A stretch of DNA of 64,000 nt. It comes from Capsulimonadaceae bacterium (GTDB lineage: Bacteria > Armatimonadota > Armatimonadia > Armatimonadales > Capsulimonadaceae). Numbering within the stretch: the first letter of the stretch is position 1; each line of letters starts with the position of its first letter. The DNA lies in NCBI GenBank assembly GCA_965215505.1, contig OZ244065.1, positions 2,272,001 to 2,336,000 on the forward strand. The letters run 5' to 3'. Under the pieces are notes generated by a model. It did no database searches. It was not told the DNA's origin and saw nothing but the letters and a program-made list of their open reading frames with translations. Position numbers and translations under genes: made by a program. Below, in pieces: positions 35,651-44,738 of the stretch.

Positions 35651-37726
35651 CTAGAAGGGCAGGAAGTTCACGGTCTTCTGAATCAGGGCCAGGGCGATGG
35701 CGGACATGCCGATCAGGCCCGTGCCGCAGGCGAAGCCGGCCAGCAGGACCGGCGTGTAGAGCTGCCAGCGCTCCAGGCCGAACCGTTTGGCGAAGTAGTA
35801 GCGGCCCAAAAGCGCGCCGATGAATGTCGGGATCGTGTTGTGCGGGATGTTGCCGATGCCGCCGATGAAGCCGTAGAAGAACAGCAAGGGCCACTTGAAC
35901 AGCAAGGTCGCCCCGTACATCCCCCCCGCGACTAATGCGCCGATGCCGATGACCGGCCCCTTGATGGCGTGCAGCGCCCACGAGGCCCCGTTGCCGGAGT
36001 TGATCTGGGTCCAGATGGACAGGTTGATGACCGAGAGCGGCCAGAACTTCTGGGCGTAGGGGAACTGCGCCGAGGGGATGTCGTTCGTGTGCCACAGGAA
36101 GCCCCAGTAGACGAAGCTCGTGATGAGAATCAAGGGCAGCATCGTGAGTTCCAGCCAGAAGATGCTGGTGAACTTGGTCCCCGTCAGCTCGATCTCGCGG
36201 AATTTCTGCGCCTGCCCGCCGTAGTCGTTGAGCGGCAGCGGCGCGAACCAGATGTCCGGCTTGGTGTAGCCGCTCCTCAAAACCACCGCCTGGTTCAAGA
36301 ACGGGAACGTGACGCCCTGGCCGGTCAGCCCGATCAGGCGGGCGGAGACGTAGGAGTTCAGCGGGGTCCAAACCAGGCCGTAAAAGATGACGATGGCGAT
36401 GGGGAAGGCCGGGACGAGTTGGTGGTTCAGGAGGACATACCCGCAGGTCGCCGCGAACCACGCCCCCACGGCGGCCCACCAGGGGAAGTCGCCGCGCCCC
36501 TGCGGCACTTTCCCCAGGCTCCCGCGCTGGGCGGACCGCTCGGTCCCGCGCGACTTGAGGACCGTGAGCAGGACGGCGAGCAGGCCGAGGGCGGCGATGG
36601 TGAGCTGGGTCCCGATGCTGAACGACATCCAGAAGTCGAAGTCAATGGAGGCCTTTGTCTGGATCGTCGGCGAGCCGGGGACCCAGTGCGGGAAGATGCT
36701 ATTTTGGCCGTTGACCAGGTGCGCCTGTCCGAGATGGTACATGATCGGGTTGGCGACGATCTGGGTGGCGATGGAGGAGATGAAGCTGCCCAGTACGATG
36801 GAGTAGGGCAGGATGAACCCGAACATGACCAGGCCCAGGTCGGGGTTGTAGCCGGTCAGGGCCGTCGGCAGGATGCGCTCGGTGTTTGGCGTCAGGTCCA
36901 TGAACGGGATCGGCAGGATGGTGACGGGCTTGCCCAGGGCGACGCCGGTGAAGATCGGGATCGCGAGGTAGAAGAAGCCGAAGATCAGGCCGACGATGGT
37001 GCCGGTGGAGAAGACCTGCCAGCGCCACGAGTCCTCCTTGGTGGAGGCCTCGGCCAGCGCGGTCGCGCCCGAGGCGGCGATGGAGGCGAACGGGAAGGGC
37101 AGCCGCTCCACGTCCGACGTGATCCGGAACAGCATGTAGCCCAGGCCCATCCACTTCATCCGGTCGAAGACCTGGCCGAACAGGATGATGGCAATGGGGA
37201 AGAGCCAGGCGGTGTCCCACAGGCTGCGGTGCGCGTAGGCCGGCGAGCCGGGCTGCGGACCGATCCAGGCAGGCAGCAGGTGGACGACGCCCACCATGGC
37301 GGGCGACTGCATGATGTACTGGGTCGCGATGAGCGCGCCGAACGGCCCGCCGGAGATGCCCGGCAGCCCGCCGAAGCCGGACCCGGCCAGAGCGCCGGCC
37401 ATGTAGAACAGGCAGTAGATCTCCTGTCGCTTGAGCGGAAGGAACGAGCGCCGGGCGATCTCGGAGAACAGGACGATCGTCACCCACTGGGCGGCCGCGC
37501 CCAGCCCCTGCCCGGCGACCAGGCCGAGGTAGATCGAGCCGGGGAGCATGATGAGGCAGACGAAGAGCATGCCCACCACGACCTTGCCGGTGAAGCCGTT
37601 CTCGAACTGTATCTGTTGGCCGCCCTCGTCGTTAGCCGTGTCTTCGGACCGCTCGCGCGCCGATTCGATGTCGTCCGGGGGCGCGGCACCGCGCCCGCGC
37701 TTCGTTTTTTGTTCCAGTGATGCCAC
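35651..37726 (-). CDS. OPT/YSL-like multipass membrane protein (putative peptide transporter)
   Basis: 691 aa with roughly 15 or more hydrophobic segments. LKRQE and DVERLPFP motifs are reminiscent of OPT-superfamily proteins. Substrate unknown. Confidence 0.72.
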   Translation of the reverse strand: MASLEQKTKRGRGAAPPDDIESARERSEDTANDEGGQQIQFENGFTGKVVVGMLFVCLIMLPGSIYLGLVAGQGLGAAAQWVTIVLFSEIARRSFLPLKRQEIYCLFYMAGALAGSGFGGLPGISGGPFGALIATQYIMQSPAMVGVVHLLPAWIGPQPGSPAYAHRSLWDTAWLFPIAIILFGQVFDRMKWMGLGYMLFRITSDVERLPFPFASIAASGATALAEASTKEDSWRWQVFSTGTIVGLIFGFFYLAIPIFTGVALGKPVTILPIPFMDLTPNTERILPTALTGYNPDLGLVMFGFILPYSIVLGSFISSIATQIVANPIMYHLGQAHLVNGQNSIFPHWVPGSPTIQTKASIDFDFWMSFSIGTQLTIAALGLLAVLLTVLKSRGTERSAQRGSLGKVPQGRGDFPWWAAVGAWFAATCGYVLLNHQLVPAFPIAIVIFYGLVWTPLNSYVSARLIGLTGQGVTFPFLNQAVVLRSGYTKPDIWFAPLPLNDYGGQAQKFREIELTGTKFTSIFWLELTMLPLILITSFVYWGFLWHTNDIPSAQFPYAQKFWPLSVINLSIWTQINSGNGASWALHAIKGPVIGIGALVAGGMYGATLLFKWPLLFFYGFIGGIGNIPHNTIPTFIGALLGRYYFAKRFGLERWQLYTPVLLAGFACGTGLIGMSAIALALIQKTVNFLPF

Positions 37727-37774
37727 GGGGGCATGTCTCCTTGTCGAAGCCTCGTCGAAACAGGGCGGGAAAAA

Positions 37775-37800
37775 GGGGCGAACACGAGGTTCGCCCCTAC
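37775..37800 (-). repeat. GTAG-type REP-like element inside the operon
   Basis: GTAGGGGCGAACCTCGTGTTCGCCCC on the minus strand. Confidence 0.75.
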
Positions 37801-37810
37801 GGGGCAGGCG

Positions 37811-40800
37811 TTACAGGGCGGGCGCGACCGCCGCCGTCTCGCCCGCAGCGACCGGGATGGGGGCCGTGCCGACGCCCTCGCCGATCTCCAGGTAGCGTTC
37901 GCGTTGGTCCGCCGTCAGGGTGCGCCAGATGAGGAACTGCTTGCGGACGACGTTCAGGAAGCGGCGGTTGACGCGCTTCCAGTTGGACACGTCGCCCGAA
38001 ACGCGCGTCAGGGTCAGGTGGACGGCGTAGACGTCTTCCAAGTCCGTCGGGGCGGTGTCGAGCGAGATGGTCTGGGACACGCCCAGGTCGAACGGCGCGA
38101 GCCAGATGCGGCCGGTCAGCCGGTAGCCCGTGCCGCCCTCCATCATCTCGCGGCCCGTGCGGATGTCCTGGGTCAAGAAGTCGCCCACGGACTGTTCCTC
38201 GTAAGCCCGGAACCACTCGGCCAGGAACTGGTTGATGCCGGGGGCCTGCGCGCCCGCCACGGCGAAGGGCAGGGAGAGCTTCCAGACGTCGCCGTCCGGC
38301 TCGGGCACTTTCCACGTCCGGTCCACGGCGGGCGTCGCCACCTCGGACGCCTTGCGGGCGGGGAAGATGGTGGACAATAAGACGACCGCGACGACCAGGC
38401 CGATGGCGAGTTCGGCGGACGTGGACGAGAAGTTCAGGTACAGGCCGGGCAGGATATGGAAGACGGAGATCGCCTTGGCCAAGCCCTGGCCGATCAGGTA
38501 GCCCGACACGGCCCCGATGATGCCATAGACCAAAGCCTCGGCGATGAACAGCATGGCGATGTTGGACGGCGACAATCCAATGGAGGAGAAGATCGCGATC
38601 TCCTTGACCCGCTCGAAGACCGACCCGAGCATCGTGTTCAGGACGATCAGGGCGGCGATCAGGATGGGGATGATGATGTTGATCAACCCCTGCGACGAGG
38701 TCGCCCCGATGGCCGAGAAGCGGTGGTTGTCGGTCGAGTCGATGACGGTCCCGTTGGCCTGCTTTTTGAAGCCGCCCGCATACAGGTTCAGGTCCAGGCG
38801 CGGCATCAGGTCTTGCAGCTCGGTGTAGACGGTCGGCCCGGACCCCATGTTGATTCCGACCGATTCGAGGCTGCCGCCGAGGTTGATCAGGGTCGTGTAC
38901 GGCACATACAGGACGGCGTCCGGGTCCAAGTGCAGATATTCCTGGAAGCCCTGGGAGGCCGCCGACTGCGAGGACGACGAGGACGAAGAGCTGCTCTGGC
39001 TCTGCTGGGCCTGGTAGTCCACGGGCGTCAGGGTTTCGTTGTCCAGGTCCTTGATGGCCTTGAACTTGTCCGGGTCCATGATGCCGATGACGAGGTACGG
39101 CACGCCGCTGAAGTTGACCGTCACCCGGCCCACGTCACTCGGGGCGATCTGGAGGCTGGCCGCGACCGCCTTGGGGACGACGGCGGCGTAGGTGTCGGTG
39201 GCATTGAACCAGCGGCCCTCTGGCCTGCCGTCCGGCCCGGTCATCAGGGCTTTGTCCATGCCCGTGACCTGCGCCTCCTGCGGCGTGAAGCCGGTGACGC
39301 CTTTGACGTCGGTGCCGAGGTGCGCGCGGGTCAGGTGCAGGAAGGTGGTCTGGCCGGGCGTCGTGCCGTAGAACCAGGCGCGCGGGGCGACCGGGTAGCG
39401 GCTGCCGTACTCGTCGTTGAGCAGCCGGTAGGCCGTGAAGTCCAGGGTGTCCCAGGTCGGCAGCCGGAGCAGCAGGCCCTTGTAGGCGGCGACGCCCGGC
39501 GCGGACACGTCGTTGTAGCGGATGGTGTTGACGATCGACGTGAACGACAGTACGGTGAAGGTCAGCAGCACGAGTGTCAGGCAGGTCAGCAGCGTCCGTT
39601 CTTTGCGCCGGCGCATGTTGGAGATGCCCAGGGCGAAGGCGGCGAAGGCGATGGAGGCCTTGCCCACGTCGGCCTTGTGGACGCCGGACACGGACTTGTT
39701 GAACTGCTTGAGCTGTTCTTCGAACTTGCCCCACACCAGCAGTGAGACGATGACGGACAGGGCCAGCATGACGAACGCGATCAGGATGATCAGCGGGTTG
39801 ACCGAGCCGATGGCAAAGGCCGGATGGATCTGCGAGAAGACGATGAAGACAGCCAAAAAGATGCCGAAGGCCGCCCCGAGCTGCCGCTTCAGGTCGGAGA
39901 AGCCGAAAAGCAGCCGCTCCAGGAAGTAGGCGAAGGGGATCAAGAGGAACAGGTAGAAGATGACCCCCTGGACCACGTCGTTCGCCGTCTGCTGCACCTG
40001 CGGGTAGACGCGGGCCTCGTTCGCCCAGGCCTGACGGCTGTAGGCGTCGAACAGCTCGTAATCTTTCTTCTGGTAGGCCTCCAACGCCTGCTGAATCTCG
40101 CCCGCCGCCTGGTCGTGCAGGAACGTCACGGGGTTGGTCTTGTCGCCGAGTTGGACGATGCGGAACCGGGCCAGATTCTTGATTCGGAAGTCGTCCAGGC
40201 TCCACATGTCCTTGGCGACGCGAAGGGAGGTGTTGTTGATCGCGCCGTAGCGGACGATGTCGTCCGGGTTGTTCGGGTCGGGCGGCTTGTTGTAGTTCGC
40301 CAGCCGGGCGGAGGGTACGCCGACGGCGTAGCCGATGCCGGTGGGGTGGTCGGGCGTGGAGTTGATGAGCAGGAACCGGATGGCCGGGCCGTCGCCCGCG
40401 ATGACCTTGAGCCGCGTCGTGGTGTCCGGAGGCGAGAACAGCGTCAGCAGGCCCTGGCCGCGCTGGATGCCGTACTGGCGCGGCTCGCTGTCCGAAGCGC
40501 CGTCGAAGACGCTGATGTCGTTGACGCGCTTCAGGGCACCCTGGTTGACCAGCTCGTAGATGGTGGTGGCGACGCACGGGAAGACGATGACCTGGGTCTG
40601 TTTGAAGTCGCTGGTCAGGTCGAACTCGATGGGGTAGTTGGCCGCGCCGTTGACCCCACGGTCCGGCGCGTAGTCCACGTCCCCCCGGTTGCCCAGGCTG
40701 TCGTCGGCCGGGTGCAGCCGGAAGGCGTCCAGGTGCATCTTCCCGTCCGGCGCGAACCGAAGCCCGCCGCCGTTGGAGATGACCAGGGGCATGCCAACGA

Positions 40801-42637
40801 AGTCGAAGGCCGCCGTGCCGGGGGCGGTCGCCTGAATCAAGTTGGTGCGGACGCCGGTCGAACTCGTCCACTGGCAGCCGACCACGGCCAGAGTGTCCGT
40901 GATGGGCTTGTCGGGGACGAAGTTGGTCTTGGGGTCGAACAGCAGGACGCGGCCATGCAGGCGGCTGTAGCCGAGCCTCAGCCCTTGCCGGGTCCAGGCG
41001 GGCCAGGTGGGGACGGGCATCAGCGAGGCGGCGCTGTCGGGCGTGATGGCGTTCGGGTCGTTGGTGTCGTTGAGGACGTGCCAGTATTCGCAGGCGAGGG
41101 TCTTGGTCTGGGTGGCGAGGTTGACGACGTTGACCGTGGGCAGGGTGTCTGCGGGGGTGTCCACCTTCTGCCGGGCGTCGTCTGTGGTGGCGAAGGTGAT
41201 GCCCTTGCCGCCCGCCATCGTCGCCGTCTCGGCGTCAAAGTCGAAAAAGCCGGGGAGGTAGTTGCGCCAGCCCTTGCCGTTCGCGCCGTTGACGCCGTCG
41301 GCGAAGGCGACGGCGGGGTCGAACCCCAACACCTGCCCGGCCTTCTCGGCGTTCTCGCGCATCGTCCGCCCGATGTCCGAGAAGTCGCTCTGGATGTCCT
41401 CGCGGTAGTCGTAGAAGTAGCCCTTGTAGAAGACGCCCACGCTGCCCGTCTGCGAGGACAGGTCCAGGCCGGAGAACAGCAGGAGGTCGGTCCGGTCAGG
41501 CAGGCCGGCGTGGAAAACGCCGTGCTTCACCGTGTCGAGCGTGGAGACGGGCCGCCAGTCGTCCAGGTGCTTGTCTACGAAGGTCCGCGCCCCCTGGATG
41601 CCCAGAAAGTGTGCGCCGCTGGCGACGAACTGGACTGTCCGCTTGGGTGGGTGCGCTTTGAAGGCGCGCGCCAGTTCCAGCATGGCCGCGATGCCATCCG
41701 CCGCGTCCGCACCGGGTGCCTGGGTCGGGACGATGGACATGGAATCGAAATACGACTCGATGACGATGTTCTGGCCGGCCAGCGGCCCCGTTCCGGGGAT
41801 GGTGCCGACGATGTTGGCGGCGTCGCGGGTCTGCCAAGGGTTGTCGCAGGTGAGGTGGACCGCAAAGCCCGGCGTCGTCAGGGCCGCGGACTGGAGCAGG
41901 GCGGCGTCGCCGCGCGTGATCCAAAACCGGGGCATGTTGATAGGCAGGCGCAGGAACTTCAGCTCGCCCTCGCCGCGCTGGATCTGGTCCGGCTCGACGA
42001 AGATGATGGCCTTCGCGCCCAGCCGGGCGGCGTTCTGCCAGTCCACGCCGCAGTTGAAGTCCAGCAGGACGATACTGCCCTCGACGGGCTTGCCCCGGAA
42101 GGCGCGCAGGTCGCCCCGCCCGGCGTAGATCAGGGGGCCGTCAATGCCCGAGGCCGGCAGCGTGGAGGTGCGGACGAGGTTCGGCCAGAGCGGCTGCAAG
42201 GCCAGCGGCCGGGCCAGGCCCGCGCCCTGCACGGACGCGCCGTTGTCGGCGGGGACGGTGACGGGGAAGGTCTCCTCGTGGACGTTCGCCGCGCCGAGTA
42301 TCTGCTTCATCTGGGCCAGCACATAGGCACGCGCCTGGTCGCCGCCCGGCGACCCGGCCATGCGGGAGTGGGCGATGACGGGTGCCCCGGCGGGCTGGTT
42401 GGGGACGGAGTAGTGGATGCCCGACAGGTCGGCGATGGTTCTGGACAATCGGGCGGGGCTGACGCCCCCGGCCAGGGCGACGTAGTTCCTGGCCGCCTCG
42501 GGGTCTACTTTAATCTTGGGCTGGTCGGCGCGCGCCCCGGTCAAACACGGCATCAGGGCCAGGGCCATGAGCAGGCACCGGCAGAAGAAGAAGCAGGAAC
42601 GGGAACGCGCGCCGGGAGCGCGCTGGAAATCCTTCAT
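37811..42637 (-). CDS. giant fusion: signal peptide + M28-like/PA ectodomain (metal ligands substituted) + TM bundle + MacB/FtsX permease + C-terminal soluble domain
   Basis: RMAGSPG, PA-like GPLIYAGRG...EGSIVLL, NIVGTIPG and GIAAMLELAR motifs, then SNMRRRKERTLLT, NTMLGSVFERVKEIAIFSSIG and FPARKAS permease motifs. Confidence 0.88.
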   Translation of the reverse strand: MKDFQRAPGARSRSCFFFCRCLLMALALMPCLTGARADQPKIKVDPEAARNYVALAGGVSPARLSRTIADLSGIHYSVPNQPAGAPVIAHSRMAGSPGGDQARAYVLAQMKQILGAANVHEETFPVTVPADNGASVQGAGLARPLALQPLWPNLVRTSTLPASGIDGPLIYAGRGDLRAFRGKPVEGSIVLLDFNCGVDWQNAARLGAKAIIFVEPDQIQRGEGELKFLRLPINMPRFWITRGDAALLQSAALTTPGFAVHLTCDNPWQTRDAANIVGTIPGTGPLAGQNIVIESYFDSMSIVPTQAPGADAADGIAAMLELARAFKAHPPKRTVQFVASGAHFLGIQGARTFVDKHLDDWRPVSTLDTVKHGVFHAGLPDRTDLLLFSGLDLSSQTGSVGVFYKGYFYDYREDIQSDFSDIGRTMRENAEKAGQVLGFDPAVAFADGVNGANGKGWRNYLPGFFDFDAETATMAGGKGITFATTDDARQKVDTPADTLPTVNVVNLATQTKTLACEYWHVLNDTNDPNAITPDSAASLMPVPTWPAWTRQGLRLGYSRLHGRVLLFDPKTNFVPDKPITDTLAVVGCQWTSSTGVRTNLIQATAPGTAAFDFVGMPLVISNGGGLRFAPDGKMHLDAFRLHPADDSLGNRGDVDYAPDRGVNGAANYPIEFDLTSDFKQTQVIVFPCVATTIYELVNQGALKRVNDISVFDGASDSEPRQYGIQRGQGLLTLFSPPDTTTRLKVIAGDGPAIRFLLINSTPDHPTGIGYAVGVPSARLANYNKPPDPNNPDDIVRYGAINNTSLRVAKDMWSLDDFRIKNLARFRIVQLGDKTNPVTFLHDQAAGEIQQALEAYQKKDYELFDAYSRQAWANEARVYPQVQQTANDVVQGVIFYLFLLIPFAYFLERLLFGFSDLKRQLGAAFGIFLAVFIVFSQIHPAFAIGSVNPLIILIAFVMLALSVIVSLLVWGKFEEQLKQFNKSVSGVHKADVGKASIAFAAFALGISNMRRRKERTLLTCLTLVLLTFTVLSFTSIVNTIRYNDVSAPGVAAYKGLLLRLPTWDTLDFTAYRLLNDEYGSRYPVAPRAWFYGTTPGQTTFLHLTRAHLGTDVKGVTGFTPQEAQVTGMDKALMTGPDGRPEGRWFNATDTYAAVVPKAVAASLQIAPSDVGRVTVNFSGVPYLVIGIMDPDKFKAIKDLDNETLTPVDYQAQQSQSSSSSSSSSQSAASQGFQEYLHLDPDAVLYVPYTTLINLGGSLESVGINMGSGPTVYTELQDLMPRLDLNLYAGGFKKQANGTVIDSTDNHRFSAIGATSSQGLINIIIPILIAALIVLNTMLGSVFERVKEIAIFSSIGLSPSNIAMLFIAEALVYGIIGAVSGYLIGQGLAKAISVFHILPGLYLNFSSTSAELAIGLVVAVVLLSTIFPARKASEVATPAVDRTWKVPEPDGDVWKLSLPFAVAGAQAPGINQFLAEWFRAYEEQSVGDFLTQDIRTGREMMEGGTGYRLTGRIWLAPFDLGVSQTISLDTAPTDLEDVYAVHLTLTRVSGDVSNWKRVNRRFLNVVRKQFLIWRTLTADQRERYLEIGEGVGTAPIPVAAGETAAVAPAL

Positions 42638-42850
42638 TGGCGGGTCTATCCTTGGTGGGCGGCCCGGCGCAGCACCGTCGGGCGCGCGGGCCGCTAAGGT
42701 CAAGCGGACGTTAAGAGGGCCAAATCGCAAGCACATTCATAATATCACAAACCCACAAAAAAGGCAATAGGCCAAAACGCGGGGAAGCGGCAGCCCTCCG
42801 GCCACACAACAAAGCGCCCCGCCGGCGCTTGCGCCGGGGTGGGTGCTTTG

Positions 42851-42859
42851 TGCTATACT
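42851..42859 (+). promoter_or_regulatory. extended -10 TGCTATACT placed for a leaderless gmk transcript
   Basis: 6 nt upstream of GTG 42866 with no SD sequence in between. Confidence 0.6.
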
Positions 42860-42865
42860 CTCTCC

Positions 42866-43501
42866 GTGACTACCTCTACAAAACCCGGTGACACCGGCCT
42901 GCTCGTCGTCGTCTCCGGCCCGTCCGCCGTCGGCAAGGATACCGTCCTGGATGCCCTGCTCTCCCGCGCCGACCTGCCGCGCCCCGTCCAGAAGTGCGTT
43001 ACCACCACGACCCGCGCGCCGCGCCCGAAGGACGGCGGGCGGGGGATGGAGGAGGACGGCGTGGACTACCACTTCGTCAGCCCCGCCCGCTTCAACGAGA
43101 TGGTGGCCCACGACGAGCTGCTGGAATACGCCGAGTACGCGGACAACTACTACGGGACGCCGCGCGCCTGGGTGTCCGAGCGGCGTCGGCTCGGGATCGA
43201 CGTCATCCTCAAGATCGAGGTCCAGGGCGGCCTGATCGTCCAGGAGAAGGCCCCCGACGCCGTGCTGGTCTTCTTGCAGCCTCCGTCGCTGGAGGAGCTG
43301 GAGCGCCGCCTGCGCCACCGCCGGACGGACAGCGAGGACCAGATCGCCAAGCGGCTGCTGCACGCCCGCAAGGAGATGGCCCAGCGCCCCCACTACGACT
43401 ACGCCGTGACCAACGACAGCGTGGAAGACGCCGTGGACGCCATCCGGGCCGTCCTGCGCGCGGAACACTGCCGCATTCATAACGGGGCCGCCGATGTCTG
43501 A
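42866..43501 (+). CDS. gmk: guanylate kinase
   Basis: SGPSAVGK, TTRAPR, DGVDYHFVS, NYYGTP and PPSLEELERRL motifs. Confidence 0.96.
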   Translation: MTTSTKPGDTGLLVVVSGPSAVGKDTVLDALLSRADLPRPVQKCVTTTTRAPRPKDGGRGMEEDGVDYHFVSPARFNEMVAHDELLEYAEYADNYYGTPRAWVSERRRLGIDVILKIEVQGGLIVQEKAPDAVLVFLQPPSLEELERRLRHRRTDSEDQIAKRLLHARKEMAQRPHYDYAVTNDSVEDAVDAIRAVLRAEHCRIHNGAADV

Positions 43502-44681
43502 GAACCCTAAGCGCGTCGTGTTAGGCGTATCCGCCTCCATCGCCGCCTACAAGGCCGCCGACCTTGCGAGCCGGCTGGTCAAGAGCGGCGTCGAGGTCTT
43601 CCCGGTGATGACGGCGGGGGCCGCGAACTTCGTCCAGCCCGCGACGTTCCGCGCCTTGACCCACCACCCCTGCCCCATTGACACGTTTGAAGAGCCGTTC
43701 CCCGGCGAGATCGCCCACATCTGGCTCGCGCGCAACTGCGACCTGTTCGTCATCGTGCCCGCCTCCATGAACGTCATCGCCCGGCTCGCCAACGGGCTGG
43801 CCGAGGACATGCTGACTGCCTCGGCGATGGCCTGCACCGCGCCCATCCTGCTCGCGCCGGGCATGAACACGGGCATGTGGAACAACCCGGCCACGCAGGC
43901 GAATTTGGCGAAGCTGCGCGACTACGGCTACTACTTCATCGAGCCGACGACCGGGCGGCTGGCCTGCCGGACGGAGGGCGTGGGCCGAATGGCCGACGTG
44001 GAAACGATCTTCAGCGCCATCCAGGAGATGCTGGCCCGTTCGGGATCGTGGGCGGGGCGGAACGTCCTGGTGACGGCGGGGCCGACGCGCGAGCCGCTGG
44101 ACCCGGTCCGCTTCCTGTCTAACCGGTCATCGGGCAAGATGGGCTACGCGCTGGCCGAAGCCGCCCGCGTGCGCGGGGCGAGCGTCACGCTGGTTTCCGG
44201 TCCGACGGCTTTGGCCGCGCCGGGGGGCGTGGAGTTCGTCCGCGTGGAGACGGCGGCGCAGATGCGGGACGCCGTGCTGCCGCGCGCCGCCGGGGCAGAC
44301 CTGATACTGGCCGCCGCCGCCGTCGCGGACCACCGGCCCGCCGAGTTCGCGGCGCAGAAGGTCAAAAAAGATGCCGGGGCCTATGCCCTGCCGCTGGCAT
44401 CGAACGACGACATCCTGGCCGCCCTGGGGCGCGCAAAGCGGGCAGGCCAGACATTGGTCGGGTTCGCGGCGGAAACCGAGAACCTCCTTGACAACGCGCG
44501 GGGCAAGCTGACGGCCAAGAACCTGGACTGGATCGTCGCTAACGACGTGACGGCGGAGGGGGCGGGCTTCGACGGGGACACGAACGTCGTCACCCTGCTC
44601 GGGCGCGGCGGGGGCGAGACTGCCCTGCCGCTGCTGACCAAGCGCGAGGTCGCCGAGCGGATACTGGACGCGGTGGGCTGA
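43494..44681 (+). CDS. coaBC: phosphopantothenoylcysteine decarboxylase/ligase
   Basis: SIAAYKA, APGMNTGMW, GRLAC, TAGPTREPLDPVRFLSNRSSGKMG and VGFAAET motifs. Confidence 0.97.
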   Translation: MSENPKRVVLGVSASIAAYKAADLASRLVKSGVEVFPVMTAGAANFVQPATFRALTHHPCPIDTFEEPFPGEIAHIWLARNCDLFVIVPASMNVIARLANGLAEDMLTASAMACTAPILLAPGMNTGMWNNPATQANLAKLRDYGYYFIEPTTGRLACRTEGVGRMADVETIFSAIQEMLARSGSWAGRNVLVTAGPTREPLDPVRFLSNRSSGKMGYALAEAARVRGASVTLVSGPTALAAPGGVEFVRVETAAQMRDAVLPRAAGADLILAAAAVADHRPAEFAAQKVKKDAGAYALPLASNDDILAALGRAKRAGQTLVGFAAETENLLDNARGKLTAKNLDWIVANDVTAEGAGFDGDTNVVTLLGRGGGETALPLLTKREVAERILDAVG

Positions 44682-44695
44682 GGAGAAACAACAGC

Positions 44696-44731
44696 AAAAG
44701 AGGGCGGGGGCCATGCCCCCGCCTCTTTTTT
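44696..44731. terminator. bidirectional intrinsic terminator
   Basis: AAAAGAGGGCGGGGG-CCATG-CCCCCGCCTCTTTTTT between convergent genes. Confidence 0.8.
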
Positions 44732-44738
44732 GGTTCTT

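Noticed and set aside
42640-42860. Possible RiPP precursor peptide upstream of the PqqD-containing operon
   Set aside because: No short ORF with an RBS and leader/core character was found. The region reads as divergent promoters.
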